Below are positions 40,756 to 50,426 of a DNA stretch of 64,000 bases, piece after piece. Position 1 is the first letter of the stretch, and the number at the start of each line of letters is the position of its first letter. Below the pieces are notes generated by a model. The model saw only the letters and a program-made list of their open reading frames with translations. It had not been told where the DNA came from and made no database searches. Position numbers and translations under genes: made by a program. Source of the stretch: Alkalispirochaeta sp. (GTDB lineage: Bacteria > Spirochaetota > Spirochaetia > DSM-27196 > Alkalispirochaetaceae); contig OZ271854.1 in NCBI GenBank assembly GCA_965601925.1, positions 1,408,001 through 1,472,000 of the forward strand, written 5' to 3'.

Positions 40756-40885
40756 GACGCGGTCTCGCTCCCCTGAGCCGTCGATACATCTCCGCCCGGT
40801 GTAACCGCGGCTGTAGACAGCTACCCTCCGCCGATCGTTCGCTGGCGATCGGAGAGGGTCGTAGTTACCGTTCGAGTTTCGATCA

Positions 40886-42436
40886 CTACATCAGTCGATT
40901 GCGGATTTCGGCGCTTACGTAGTCGAGAGTGGCGACGGTGATGGCGATGAACCATACCGCGATACCCGCCGACCGATAATCGAGAAGGCGAATGTACTGC
41001 ACCAGCAAGAACCCGATACCGCCTCCGCCGACGAGGCCGATAACGGTCGACATTCGCACGTTGATATCCCACCGATAGATCGAAAAACTGATAAACGGCG
41101 AGATCATCTGAGGAATGACGCCGAACATGATCGTCTGCAGACGATTGGCGCCGGTAGCTTGGATCGCCTCGATGGGTCCGGCGTCAATTCCTTCGATCGC
41201 CTCGGAATAGAGTTTACCGAGGGCGGCGATGGAGTGCACCGTGAGCGCCACGATACCGGCGAAGGGGCCGAGACCCACCCAGACGACGGCGATCAACGCC
41301 CAGATGAGCGGCTCGATCGAGCGAATGATATTGAGGATCCCGCGCGTGATGTAATAGAACGCCATGGTGAGGCGCGACCCTTGCATGATGTTGCGCGCCG
41401 CGAGGAAGCTCACGGGAATAGAAAAGATAATGCCGAAGAAGGTTGCCATCATTCCCATGAAAATCGTCTCGATCATGCGACTGATCGTGAGTCGCAACGC
41501 CTCAGAAGCTCGCGGCGGCCCCACCTGTGAGACTTGCCGTGCCTCCACGCTATGAATGAAGGGGCCCTCCGCGCTCGGCGGCGTGAGACGATACGGCATC
41601 GTCATTTCGACACGAAACGCTCCCTCCTCGTCGGTATCGATGATGATGTACTCGCCGTCCTCGCGAGGCCGAAAGGCATTTCCGATCGGATCCTCCCACC
41701 AGATTTCGGTTGCAGTGTCGGGGGCGAATCCGGTACCGGTGAGGGTAATACGGGTTCCGAGTACGGGACGAAAGTTCTCGTCCTGGGTCGACATCTGACC
41801 GACGTTGGGCTCAACCAGCAGATACGGCTCTCCGTCGGCGGGCTCCGGACGCACGGGAGCCGTTCCCTCGCCCGCAAGAACCTCCGCGGCGGCGGCCAGC
41901 GACTCCTCTTCGAACTCTACGGCCGCCGGCCACGGCCAGAGGACGCGCGAGAGCGGAGAGACGGCCTGCGGAGCATCTCGAACAAGCTGTACAACGTCGA
42001 TCTCGGAGATCTGCCACCCCAGAGCGAAAAAACCGGCCAACACGAGGGCAAAAACCCCCGTAGTGGGCCTCTTTCGATCTCGGGAGCACAGAAAGGCGTC
42101 CCACACCGACACAAACCACGTGAGTGCAATCGTAACGGCGACGAGCAGCACGAACGCGGGACGGCGTTCTACCGCGCGAGCGATCGTAGGTCCGAAGCCG
42201 TCAACGCGTCGGCCGAGCTCCGCGATACGCCAGGCGAAGATTCCGACGCTGGTGGCCATCGCCGAGAGAATAAGCACTCCGCGTTGGATCTGCCGGCCGG
42301 CAATCTGGCCGAGTCCGGGCACGACAAGCGACAGCACCGCCGCGGCCGGCGGCGCGACCAACGGATTTTGTGCCGTGTTGCGGGCGGCGACACGCGCCTG
42401 CCTGATCTGTTCTCTCTCCTGCGGTGTCTTTGCCAT
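40886..42436 (-). CDS. phnE: Phosphonate/phosphite ABC permease PhnE with an N-terminal extension and a soluble insert
   Basis: C-terminal RSIEPLIWA, LGKLYSEAIE and RWDINVRMSTVIGLVGGGGIG. Confidence 0.88.
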   Translation of the reverse strand: MAKTPQEREQIRQARVAARNTAQNPLVAPPAAAVLSLVVPGLGQIAGRQIQRGVLILSAMATSVGIFAWRIAELGRRVDGFGPTIARAVERRPAFVLLVAVTIALTWFVSVWDAFLCSRDRKRPTTGVFALVLAGFFALGWQISEIDVVQLVRDAPQAVSPLSRVLWPWPAAVEFEEESLAAAAEVLAGEGTAPVRPEPADGEPYLLVEPNVGQMSTQDENFRPVLGTRITLTGTGFAPDTATEIWWEDPIGNAFRPREDGEYIIIDTDEEGAFRVEMTMPYRLTPPSAEGPFIHSVEARQVSQVGPPRASEALRLTISRMIETIFMGMMATFFGIIFSIPVSFLAARNIMQGSRLTMAFYYITRGILNIIRSIEPLIWALIAVVWVGLGPFAGIVALTVHSIAALGKLYSEAIEGIDAGPIEAIQATGANRLQTIMFGVIPQMISPFISFSIYRWDINVRMSTVIGLVGGGGIGFLLVQYIRLLDYRSAGIAVWFIAITVATLDYVSAEIRNRLM

Positions 42437-43251
42437 TACTCGATCCCTCCCCCGGAGACGCCGGTCGCCGAGGTGCCGGACGCGGGACCGGCTCCGACAC
42501 GCTCGGCCTCTTCGCCGTAAATTTCCTTGAACTCGGCGTCGGTCATGCGACGAATATCCTCCCCCGTGCCCCGGTATACGACTCGTCCGTCGCGCAGGCC
42601 GATAACGCGCGTAGCGTATCGTTGTACCAGATCGAGATAGTGAAGACTGCAGATGACGGTGATGCCGTCCTCCTTGTTGAGGCGCTCCAGATATCCGAGA
42701 ATCGTATGGGCGAGCACCGGGTCAAGACTCGCCACGGGCTCGTCGGCGAGGATGATCTTGGGGTTCTGCATGAGCGCTCTGGCGATACCGACGCGCTGTT
42801 GTTGTCCCCCGGAGAGTTCACTGGCGCGCTTGTACGCCTGCTCGGTCAATCCGACGCGTTCAAGGGCCTTAAACGCGGCGTCGCGATCCTCCTTACCGAA
42901 GCGGTAGAACAAGCTGTTCCACGTCTCGAGGTAACCCAACCGTCCGGAGAGCACATTGTGCAGGACGCTGAGCCGCTTCACCAAATTGAAGTGTTGGAAG
43001 ATCATTCCGATGCGACGCCGCACGGTGCGCAGTTGCGTGTGGTCGGCATTGGTAATATCTAGGTCGTCCCACACGATCGAACCGGCGGTCGGCTCGATGA
43101 GACGGTTGGTACAACGCAATAGCGTCGATTTACCCGACCCGGAAAGACCGATCACGACGAGAAACTCGCCGGGCTCCACCGAGAAGCTTACGTCTTTGAG
43201 CGCTTGCGTCCCATCGTCATAGGTCTTGGAAAGATTCTTGAACTCCAGCAA
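42436..43251 (-). CDS. phnC: Phosphonate ABC ATP-binding protein PhnC
   Basis: GLSGSGKS, LSGGQQQR and DEPVASLDP; TTG start after GAGGAGG. Confidence 0.92.
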   Translation of the reverse strand: MLEFKNLSKTYDDGTQALKDVSFSVEPGEFLVVIGLSGSGKSTLLRCTNRLIEPTAGSIVWDDLDITNADHTQLRTVRRRIGMIFQHFNLVKRLSVLHNVLSGRLGYLETWNSLFYRFGKEDRDAAFKALERVGLTEQAYKRASELSGGQQQRVGIARALMQNPKIILADEPVASLDPVLAHTILGYLERLNKEDGITVICSLHYLDLVQRYATRVIGLRDGRVVYRGTGEDIRRMTDAEFKEIYGEEAERVGAGPASGTSATGVSGGGIE

Positions 43252-43380
43252 ATCGCTTCCTCCTCGACGAACGGGCCCCGTTGCAATGGTGAGGAGGGAA
43301 AACGGAACGATCGTGCCGCAGCCGGTCAATCGAAGGTCCCTCGTTGCGCGGTCGAGGATGCCGCTCGCCTGTGCAGATAC

Positions 43381-43414
43381 AAAAAGGCTACCCCGTCATG
43401 ACCGACGGGGTAGC
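43381..43414 (-). terminator. Rho-independent terminator between phnD and phnC
   Basis: 11-bp stem GCTACCCCGTC/GACGGGGTAGC followed by CTTTTT on the minus strand. Confidence 0.8.
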
Positions 43415-43433
43415 GCATGCAACAGACTCGTCC

Positions 43434-44339
43434 TTAGTTGCTCATCAGAGCCGCGGCATCGACGCCGGCAGCCTGAATGACTTGGCGGAACGGATCGTAG
43501 AAGTCGTCGCCGTGACGCTCCAAGCCCTGCCAGGAGTACGCCATCTCGAGCGCTTCGGCGCCCTCTTCGGTCGCGGCGATCTCCAAAAGCGCCTCGACGA
43601 TCGGCTCGCGGATCTCTTCGGGTATGCTCGGGTGAAACTGCACCCCGTCGTTGGGGATCGGCGCGCTTACCTGAATCACGACGACCCGCTCGTTGACGTC
43701 GGAAAAATCGTCCTCAACGGCGCCGCGCGCATCGACCCACGTCGCACCGGCGTCCACATCGCCGTTATACACCGCCGTAACGACGCTCGTGTGTCCCCCG
43801 GCGTCGACGACTTGACTGAGATCGGTGTCGGGATTGATACCGACGGAGCGCATCGTCAGGCTGGGAATGATCCACCCGGAGGTGCTCAGCGGGTCGGGGC
43901 GGGCGAAGCTTCTACCGGCGAGATCTTGAATCGTCTCGATGCCGGAGTCGGCATTGGCGATGATCTGCGCATCGTAGAAGGGGCGCCCGAAGCGAACCGA
44001 AACGAGAGCCGCCTCGGCGACGCCTCTGTCGGCGGCAACGACGTACGAGAAGGTCGCGAGACTTGCGATGTGCGCGCTCGGCGGATCACTCTGCAGCGCC
44101 TCGATAACACCGGCGTACTCGGTGGCGACGCTCGCCTCTACCACGAGTCCGGTGCGCTCGAAAATCATATCCGCGACGGCCTGTCCACCGGCGGCGATCT
44201 CCTGGGTGTCGCCGGACGGCACAAAGGCCCACACGATCGGATTCTCTTCGGTTCCAAGCGCCGGTTCCGAGGAACCTCCGGCGAATGCCATGGATGTCAG
44301 CGTGAGAGTCAACACGATCAGTCCAACTGCTTTTTTCAC
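43434..44339 (-). CDS. phnD: Phosphate/phosphite/phosphonate ABC substrate-binding protein PhnD
   Basis: DPLSTSGW, GH..V..AV..GDVDAG and PIPND; signal peptide ending AFAGG. Confidence 0.9.
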   Translation of the reverse strand: MKKAVGLIVLTLTLTSMAFAGGSSEPALGTEENPIVWAFVPSGDTQEIAAGGQAVADMIFERTGLVVEASVATEYAGVIEALQSDPPSAHIASLATFSYVVAADRGVAEAALVSVRFGRPFYDAQIIANADSGIETIQDLAGRSFARPDPLSTSGWIIPSLTMRSVGINPDTDLSQVVDAGGHTSVVTAVYNGDVDAGATWVDARGAVEDDFSDVNERVVVIQVSAPIPNDGVQFHPSIPEEIREPIVEALLEIAATEEGAEALEMAYSWQGLERHGDDFYDPFRQVIQAAGVDAAALMSN

Positions 44340-44361
44340 TATAGTCCTCCTTGGATAGGTA

Positions 44362-44393
44362 ATACTAAATTTTCCGTGTTAATTCACCGTTAA
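44362..44393 (-). promoter_or_regulatory. Pho-box-like direct repeat and -10 element of phnD
   Basis: TTAAC-N6-TTAAC (11-bp period) about 10 nt upstream of TAGTAT. Confidence 0.55.
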
Positions 44394-44440
44394 AGCGGTT
44401 CTTTTCATCGTGAGTAGGCATATTGGTTGCTATTTGGTAT

Positions 44441-44478
44441 GTTACCAACCGTACGGTAGTTACCAAACAGACGGTAAC
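44441..44478. promoter_or_regulatory. Tandem TetR-type operators
   Basis: GTTACCAACCGTACGGTAGT and GTTACCAAACAGACGGTAAC, two TACC-N8-GGTA palindromes offset by 18 bp. Confidence 0.65.
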
Positions 44479-44497
44479 ACCCTATAGGGAGGCCACT

Positions 44498-45907
44498 ATC
44501 AGCGCCATTCGCACCCCCCTTAACCGCGATCGCATCGTGAGCGGCGCCTTTCGAGCGTGGGGTAAAACTATGTTTTCTCAAACATCTCTCAATCTCGTCG
44601 CCCGAGAGCTATCGGTCACGAAGACGGCCATTTACCGCTACTTCCGCGGCAAATCGGAGCTTCTCCTTGCGATGGAGAAGGCGTACGCCGAGCGAGTGCT
44701 CCGGGACGTCGTTGCACCGTTGCGTGCACTGAAGGATGAATGGTACGTCGAGACGATGAGCGCCGGTGAGCACATCCGCATCGACCTGCATGACCGTATC
44801 GCCGCGGCGGCGAAACGATATCTCGAATCGATGTTCGACCTGTTCAACACGCGGCCCGCCTACTATCTTTTTTTTGCGCATACCTTGCTCGGCCGGCCCC
44901 TCAGGGAGCGGCCGACGATGCGCGCCCTGGAGCGGGAGCGCGACGCGATCCTCGCCGAGCTGTTGAGCTGCGGTTCGAACACATCCGACGATGCGACACT
45001 CACCGTTGCGTGGTACCTCACGCACTTTGTGACGTTTTGGGCGACGCAGCACTTTCGTCGCCGCTTCATGGAACGTCCGGTCGAGACCGTCGACGTGGAC
45101 ATCGACGGATGGACCACTACTGAAACGGGCGCTGGCGGTTGGCGCGTCGACGCATCTGAACGCCGACGCATACTCGATGGTGCCGTGGCTCGTTTTACCG
45201 ACGGATTCGTACCCGGCACCCTCCACCACCTCGATCTCGCTGCGGTAGAACGCGTCGCGTGGATCAATAGGGAAGAGGTGCGCAAACCGGAGCGTATCTT
45301 CTCCGCGATCGGAGAGACGGTCATGGAGCTGGGATACGGCGCGGCGACGGTAGAGCGCATCGCCGGCCGGAGCGGCCTCAGTAAGTCCGGTCTATATCAC
45401 TACTTCAAAAACAGAGATGAAATGCTCTCCGAGGCGCTCCTGCGGACGCAGCGCCATTTTGCGGCCCTCGCACGGGTACGCCTCAACCAACTCGGCGGCC
45501 ACAACGAACGTCTGTACGGCACATTTGTCATGGTGGCGAGTTATCTTTTTCACGACGCGACCGGCGTGGTCGTCGCCAACTGGCTGCAGGAACGCGACGT
45601 CGACGTGCAGATCCCTCCGAGTCACCTCCACGAGTTGGAACGAATGTACTCATTCATCACCGACGAGCTGGTGGAGAGTCGTCTCGCCGACTCTACGGAC
45701 GACGCCGTCGCCGTCCTTACGTATATCAATTTTCTCATAAAACAGTTGCTATCGGAACGCCGACTTCCGCGGGAAAACAGAGACAAGCTGATCGCGGCCG
45801 TCCGGTCGCTGTTTGAGTTGTTTGCCGGCGGCGCGCACAAAGCGATAACGCACCCGACACTGTTCGCCGCCGCGGCGAATCCGATACCGGAAACGAGGAA
45901 CCAATGA
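44498..45907 (+). CDS. TetR family regulator with two TetR HTH domains
   Basis: SLNLVARELSVTKTAIYRYFRGK and TVERIAGRSGLSKSGLYHYFKNR; start probably ATC at 44498 after GGAGG. Confidence 0.85.
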   Translation: MSAIRTPLNRDRIVSGAFRAWGKTMFSQTSLNLVARELSVTKTAIYRYFRGKSELLLAMEKAYAERVLRDVVAPLRALKDEWYVETMSAGEHIRIDLHDRIAAAAKRYLESMFDLFNTRPAYYLFFAHTLLGRPLRERPTMRALERERDAILAELLSCGSNTSDDATLTVAWYLTHFVTFWATQHFRRRFMERPVETVDVDIDGWTTTETGAGGWRVDASERRRILDGAVARFTDGFVPGTLHHLDLAAVERVAWINREEVRKPERIFSAIGETVMELGYGAATVERIAGRSGLSKSGLYHYFKNRDEMLSEALLRTQRHFAALARVRLNQLGGHNERLYGTFVMVASYLFHDATGVVVANWLQERDVDVQIPPSHLHELERMYSFITDELVESRLADSTDDAVAVLTYINFLIKQLLSERRLPRENRDKLIAAVRSLFELFAGGAHKAITHPTLFAAAANPIPETRNQ

Positions 45908-46899
45908 TGAAATACCAAAGCGGCGCATCGCGAACCGTACGTCGGCATACATACGCGGCCATCGCAGCGCTTGCGGTACCGACGCTCTTTCTTCTCGCCG
46001 CATGCGGCGTCGAACGCCCTTCTCCCGGCACAACGAGTGAATCGACGCGCGAACCCGAGGGTGCAGCCTCTCAGGAGCCGGTCTTCGCGATAAACGTGAC
46101 GCCGGCGGTGCTCGGTGAAATCAACGACTACATCGAGATTAACGGGGATGTCAGAACCGCGGCGAGCGTGGACGTGTTTTCGTTCGTCGCCGGGGAAATC
46201 GCGCGGCTCCACGTACGGGTCGGACAGCGTGTTCAAACCGGAGACGTCATCGCCGAGGTCGACCCGTCCAGACCGGGACAGAACTTCTCCTTGAGTCCCG
46301 TGCGCGCTACGATCGGGGGTACGATTACCGCCCTTCCGGTAAGTGTCGGCTCGCAAGTCTCTCAGACCTCACCTATCGCGCAGATATCGCTCACCGATGA
46401 GTTGGAAATCGTCGTTCGCGTCGCCGAACGGTTCATCTCCCGGATCCGGGAGCGCCTTCCGGCGGTAATCCATCTCGATGCATTTCCCGAGGAGCAGTTT
46501 TCCGCAACGATCAGCGAGATGAGCCCCGTCGTAGATCCGTTCACCCGAACGCTCGAAATCACGCTCCGATTCGACCGCGACGATCCGCGGATTCGCGCCG
46601 GCATGTTCGCCGAGGTGCGTATCGTTACCGAGCGCAAGGAGAACATCGTCAAAGTTCCGGCGGACGTCATGATACGCCGATTCGGCGACACCTTCGTCTT
46701 CGTCGTGCGCGAAGACGATACGGTGGAGCGTCGCGTCGTCGTCCCCGGTATCGAGATCGACAACAAGTTGGAGATCGCCGCCGGGCTCGATGCAGACGAG
46801 TTGGTGGTCTATCAAGGACAGAATCTCTTGGAAGACGGTTCGCGCGTCCGCGTCATTGCCACCGTCGAGCCGCTCACGGCGGAAGACACACTTCGGTAG
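45904..46899 (+). CDS. RND efflux periplasmic adaptor (MFP), lipoprotein
   Basis: LLAAC lipobox; G.I.RLHVRVGQRV..GD, SPVVDPFTRT and RAGMFA. Confidence 0.92.
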   Translation: MMKYQSGASRTVRRHTYAAIAALAVPTLFLLAACGVERPSPGTTSESTREPEGAASQEPVFAINVTPAVLGEINDYIEINGDVRTAASVDVFSFVAGEIARLHVRVGQRVQTGDVIAEVDPSRPGQNFSLSPVRATIGGTITALPVSVGSQVSQTSPIAQISLTDELEIVVRVAERFISRIRERLPAVIHLDAFPEEQFSATISEMSPVVDPFTRTLEITLRFDRDDPRIRAGMFAEVRIVTERKENIVKVPADVMIRRFGDTFVFVVREDDTVERRVVVPGIEIDNKLEIAAGLDADELVVYQGQNLLEDGSRVRVIATVEPLTAEDTLR

Positions 46900-46908
46900 G
46901 GAGGAGCT

Positions 46909-49900
46909 ATGAGTCTCAGTAAGGCGGTCGTCGGTCGACCGACGACGGTATTCACCATATGCATCCTCATCGTCGGATTCGGCCTCTACTCGACGAGCGA
47001 TCTCGCGATCGATCTCTTCCCGGAGATCAACCCGCCGGTACTGGTCCTGTTTACCACCTACGACGGGGCCGGTCCGGAAGAGATAGAGAAGACGGTTACG
47101 CGCCCACTGGAGGGGCAACTCTCCAACGTGAGCAACATCGAGCGCATCACGAGCACCTCGAGTGAGGAGTCCAGTCAGATACAGCTGGAGTTTACCTACG
47201 GAACCGATATGACCGAGGCGACCAACGAGGTCCGTGATCGTTTGGAACTGGTAAAAGATTTCCTCCCCGATGAAGCTACGACACCTCAGATCTTTAAGTT
47301 CGATCCCGCCCTGATTCCGATACTGCAACTCGAAGTGTCAGGCAATCGCACCCCCGAGGAGCTCAGGCAGATCGCGGAAAATACGATTCAGCCGCGCATA
47401 GAGCAAATAGAGGGTGTCGCTATCGCCGGTGTCCGCGGCGGTCGAGAGCGCGTGGTGCGCGTCGAAATACCGCAAAACCGTCTGGAGGCGTACGATCTTA
47501 ACTTCACCCAAATCGCCGACACCTTGCGGGGAAACAACGTGCAGATATCGGCAGGCAACATCGCCGAAGGCAATATCAACTACCTCATTCGAACCGCCGG
47601 TGAGTTCGACTCGATCGAAGATATCCGCAACTCCGTTATCGTCTACCGTTCGCCGCCGGGAGTCGGCGCCGATGAAACGGCACCGACCGGCGTGCGGTTG
47701 CGCGATATCGCCGACGTGTACGACGGGTTCCGCGATGAGACGAGTGCGGTGTATATCAACGGAAGACCGGGCGTCTTCATTACGGTGCAAAAGCAAAGTG
47801 GAACCAACTCGGTGCAGGTGGCGGACAATGTATTAGAACGCCTGGACCGAATCAACGCGGCCCTTCCCACCGGTATCGAGCTTGCAGCGGTAGAGGATAC
47901 GACGACGCTCATTCGCGACAGCTTGGCCGATGTATCGAGCTCCGCGATAACCGGCGGATTCTTGGCGGTTCTGATTCTGTTCATCTTTCTGCGCAGTCTG
48001 AAAACGACGTTGGTAATCGCCGTCTCGATACCGGTATCGATCATCGTTACCCTGATGCTGATGTACTTCGCCGGGCTCACGCTCAATCTCATGACCCTTA
48101 CCGGTCTGGCGTTGGGAATCGGTATGCTGGTGGACAACAGCATCGTCATACTGGAGAACATCTATCGCTATCGCGAAAAGGGCGCGAAACTCACCGCCAG
48201 CGCCGTACTCGGAAGCCAGGAGATGATTACCGCGATCACCGCCTCCACCCTCACGACGGTGTTCGTCTTCTTGCCCCTGGCCCTCTTTCGATCGCAGTTG
48301 GAAGTTATCGGCGAGCTCTTCGCGGACCTCGCCTTCACCGTCGTGATCTCTCTTCTTAGCTCCTTGGCGGTGGCGATCTTCTTGATACCGGTGCTGACCA
48401 GCCGCTACCTCCCGATCGCCTCGCGCAAGCAGCGTCCTCTCAAGGGATTGCCAAAACGGATAGACGACCGTATGGCGCACTTTTTCTCCCGTTTGGACGA
48501 GGGTTACAAGCGGAGCCTTGCGTTCGCGTTGCGGCGCACATGGATCGTGCCGATCCTCGTCACCGCCGCGCTCGTCGGAAGCCTCTTCATGATTCCGATG
48601 ACGGGGTTCGAGTTTACGCCGCAACAAGAGGAGGACTCGGTCACCCTCAGCGTCGAAATGCCGATCGGGTCGCGATTGGAGATCACCAGATCGGTGCTGC
48701 AACAGCTCGAACACGTCGTCCGAGAGGAGGTCACGCGGTTCGAGAGCATCATTATCGAGGCGGGAGAACCGGCGTTCTTCGGCGTGCTGGGCGCAGCGGA
48801 CACCAGTCGCGGAAGCCTCACGGTGATCCTCCCGACCTTCGAGGAGCGCGAGGTGAGCGCGATCGAGGTACAAGAGGTGCTCAGAAGTCGCTTCGACACC
48901 TTCCCGGGAGCGGTCTTCTCGTTCGGGGACGGTGGCGGTGGCGGGGGGTTTAACGCCTCGCCGGTGGAGATCACGTTGCGCAGCGAGGATCGTGCGCGGA
49001 TGCGCGAGACCGCCGGCCGCATCATCGAACTTATCGAAGAGCGCGTCCCCGGGGCGACGGAACCGCAGATGAATCTATCGGAGGGCCTACCGGAAGTCGA
49101 GATCTTCGTCGACCGACAAAAGGCGTACGAGCTGGGCCTCAACATCGCGATGGTCGGACAAGAGGTGCGAGCCAACGTCGACGGAATCAGCGCGGGACAG
49201 TTTCGCGACGGGGGCAACGAGTACGACATCGTGCTCCTCTTGGAGGAGCGCGGACGGGACCAAATTCCCGACCTTCAGCGAATCTTCGTCAACAATCGAT
49301 TCGGTCGGCAAATTCCGCTTTCGAGCTTTGCCTCTCTGGAACGCACGACCGGACCGGTCAGTATCGCGCGTCAGGACCAAAGCCGGACGGTCACGATCAC
49401 CGCGGGCCTCGCACCCGGCGAGACCATTAACGTCGTGATGCCGCTCATTCAGCAGCTCATACGTGAAGAGATTCCCGTTGACGATGAGCTCATCATTACC
49501 TACGGCGGCGATTTTGAGGATCTTCAGCGGTACGGACGCACCTTCATGTACGTGATTCTCATCGCCGTCTTTCTCGTGTTCGGTGTGATGGCGAGCCAGT
49601 TCGAGAGCTTTCTCGATCCGTTCATTATCCTCTTTACGATTCCGTTGACCCTTATCGGGGTAATCCTTTTATATGTCGCGACGGGTACCAACTTCAGCCT
49701 CTTCACGGCCGTCGGTCTCGTCGTCTTGGTCGGTATCGTCGTGAACAACGGAATCGTCCTGGTTGACTACACCAACTTGTTGCGAAAGCGCGGACGGTCG
49801 ATACACGACGCTTGCGTCGAGGCCGGCGGTAATCGGCTGCGCCCGATTTTAATGACGAGCCTCACTACGGTGTTGGGCCTCGTTCCCGTCGCCTTCTCCC

Positions 49901-50100
49901 GAGGCGAAGGCTCCAGTTTGGTGCAGCCGATCGCACAGACGGTAGTCGGCGGCTTGAGCGTCGCGACGTTCTTGACGTTATACCTGGTACCGGTAATCTA
50001 TGCGATCTTTAACGGAAGCAGAGCACGGCGATTGGAACGACGAGCCGCCCGGAGGCGTACCGGGAACGATGCGGCACCATACGAGGAGGTCGGCGCATGA
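46909..50100 (+). CDS. RND efflux permease (AcrB/SwrC family)
   Basis: 1063 aa; GMLVDNSIV, GIVVNNGIVLVD and RLRPILMT. Confidence 0.96.
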   Translation: MSLSKAVVGRPTTVFTICILIVGFGLYSTSDLAIDLFPEINPPVLVLFTTYDGAGPEEIEKTVTRPLEGQLSNVSNIERITSTSSEESSQIQLEFTYGTDMTEATNEVRDRLELVKDFLPDEATTPQIFKFDPALIPILQLEVSGNRTPEELRQIAENTIQPRIEQIEGVAIAGVRGGRERVVRVEIPQNRLEAYDLNFTQIADTLRGNNVQISAGNIAEGNINYLIRTAGEFDSIEDIRNSVIVYRSPPGVGADETAPTGVRLRDIADVYDGFRDETSAVYINGRPGVFITVQKQSGTNSVQVADNVLERLDRINAALPTGIELAAVEDTTTLIRDSLADVSSSAITGGFLAVLILFIFLRSLKTTLVIAVSIPVSIIVTLMLMYFAGLTLNLMTLTGLALGIGMLVDNSIVILENIYRYREKGAKLTASAVLGSQEMITAITASTLTTVFVFLPLALFRSQLEVIGELFADLAFTVVISLLSSLAVAIFLIPVLTSRYLPIASRKQRPLKGLPKRIDDRMAHFFSRLDEGYKRSLAFALRRTWIVPILVTAALVGSLFMIPMTGFEFTPQQEEDSVTLSVEMPIGSRLEITRSVLQQLEHVVREEVTRFESIIIEAGEPAFFGVLGAADTSRGSLTVILPTFEEREVSAIEVQEVLRSRFDTFPGAVFSFGDGGGGGGFNASPVEITLRSEDRARMRETAGRIIELIEERVPGATEPQMNLSEGLPEVEIFVDRQKAYELGLNIAMVGQEVRANVDGISAGQFRDGGNEYDIVLLLEERGRDQIPDLQRIFVNNRFGRQIPLSSFASLERTTGPVSIARQDQSRTVTITAGLAPGETINVVMPLIQQLIREEIPVDDELIITYGGDFEDLQRYGRTFMYVILIAVFLVFGVMASQFESFLDPFIILFTIPLTLIGVILLYVATGTNFSLFTAVGLVVLVGIVVNNGIVLVDYTNLLRKRGRSIHDACVEAGGNRLRPILMTSLTTVLGLVPVAFSRGEGSSLVQPIAQTVVGGLSVATFLTLYLVPVIYAIFNGSRARRLERRAARRRTGNDAAPYEEVGA

Positions 50101-50426
50101 TCCCCCACGGTGGACAGAGCGATTCGGGGCCGGATGAAATCGTGCGGGTGGAGGTAATCGCCAACCGCTCGATCCAAGAGGACTTCTTTGAGGCGTTGTC
50201 ACGACGAGAGGCGGGCCTGCACTACACCCTCGTCCCGGAGGTGCAGGGCGTGGGCAACACCGGCCCCAGGCGGGGAGACCACATCTGGCCGGAGGAGAAC
50301 TTTCTGTACATCGCCTATGTACCGCCGAGCGACGCGCTCGTCATCCGCGAGGAGGTCGAGACGTTGCGCAGCCGTTTTCCCGATGAAGGGATTCGCTTTT
50401 TCGCGACCCGAGGCGTCTTGATATGA
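50097..50426 (+). CDS. PG0541-like (P-II fold) transporter-associated protein
   Basis: YT..P.VQG.G..GPR.G.HIWPEEN pattern; ATGA-coupled to the RND permease. Confidence 0.7.
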   Translation: MIPHGGQSDSGPDEIVRVEVIANRSIQEDFFEALSRREAGLHYTLVPEVQGVGNTGPRRGDHIWPEENFLYIAYVPPSDALVIREEVETLRSRFPDEGIRFFATRGVLI

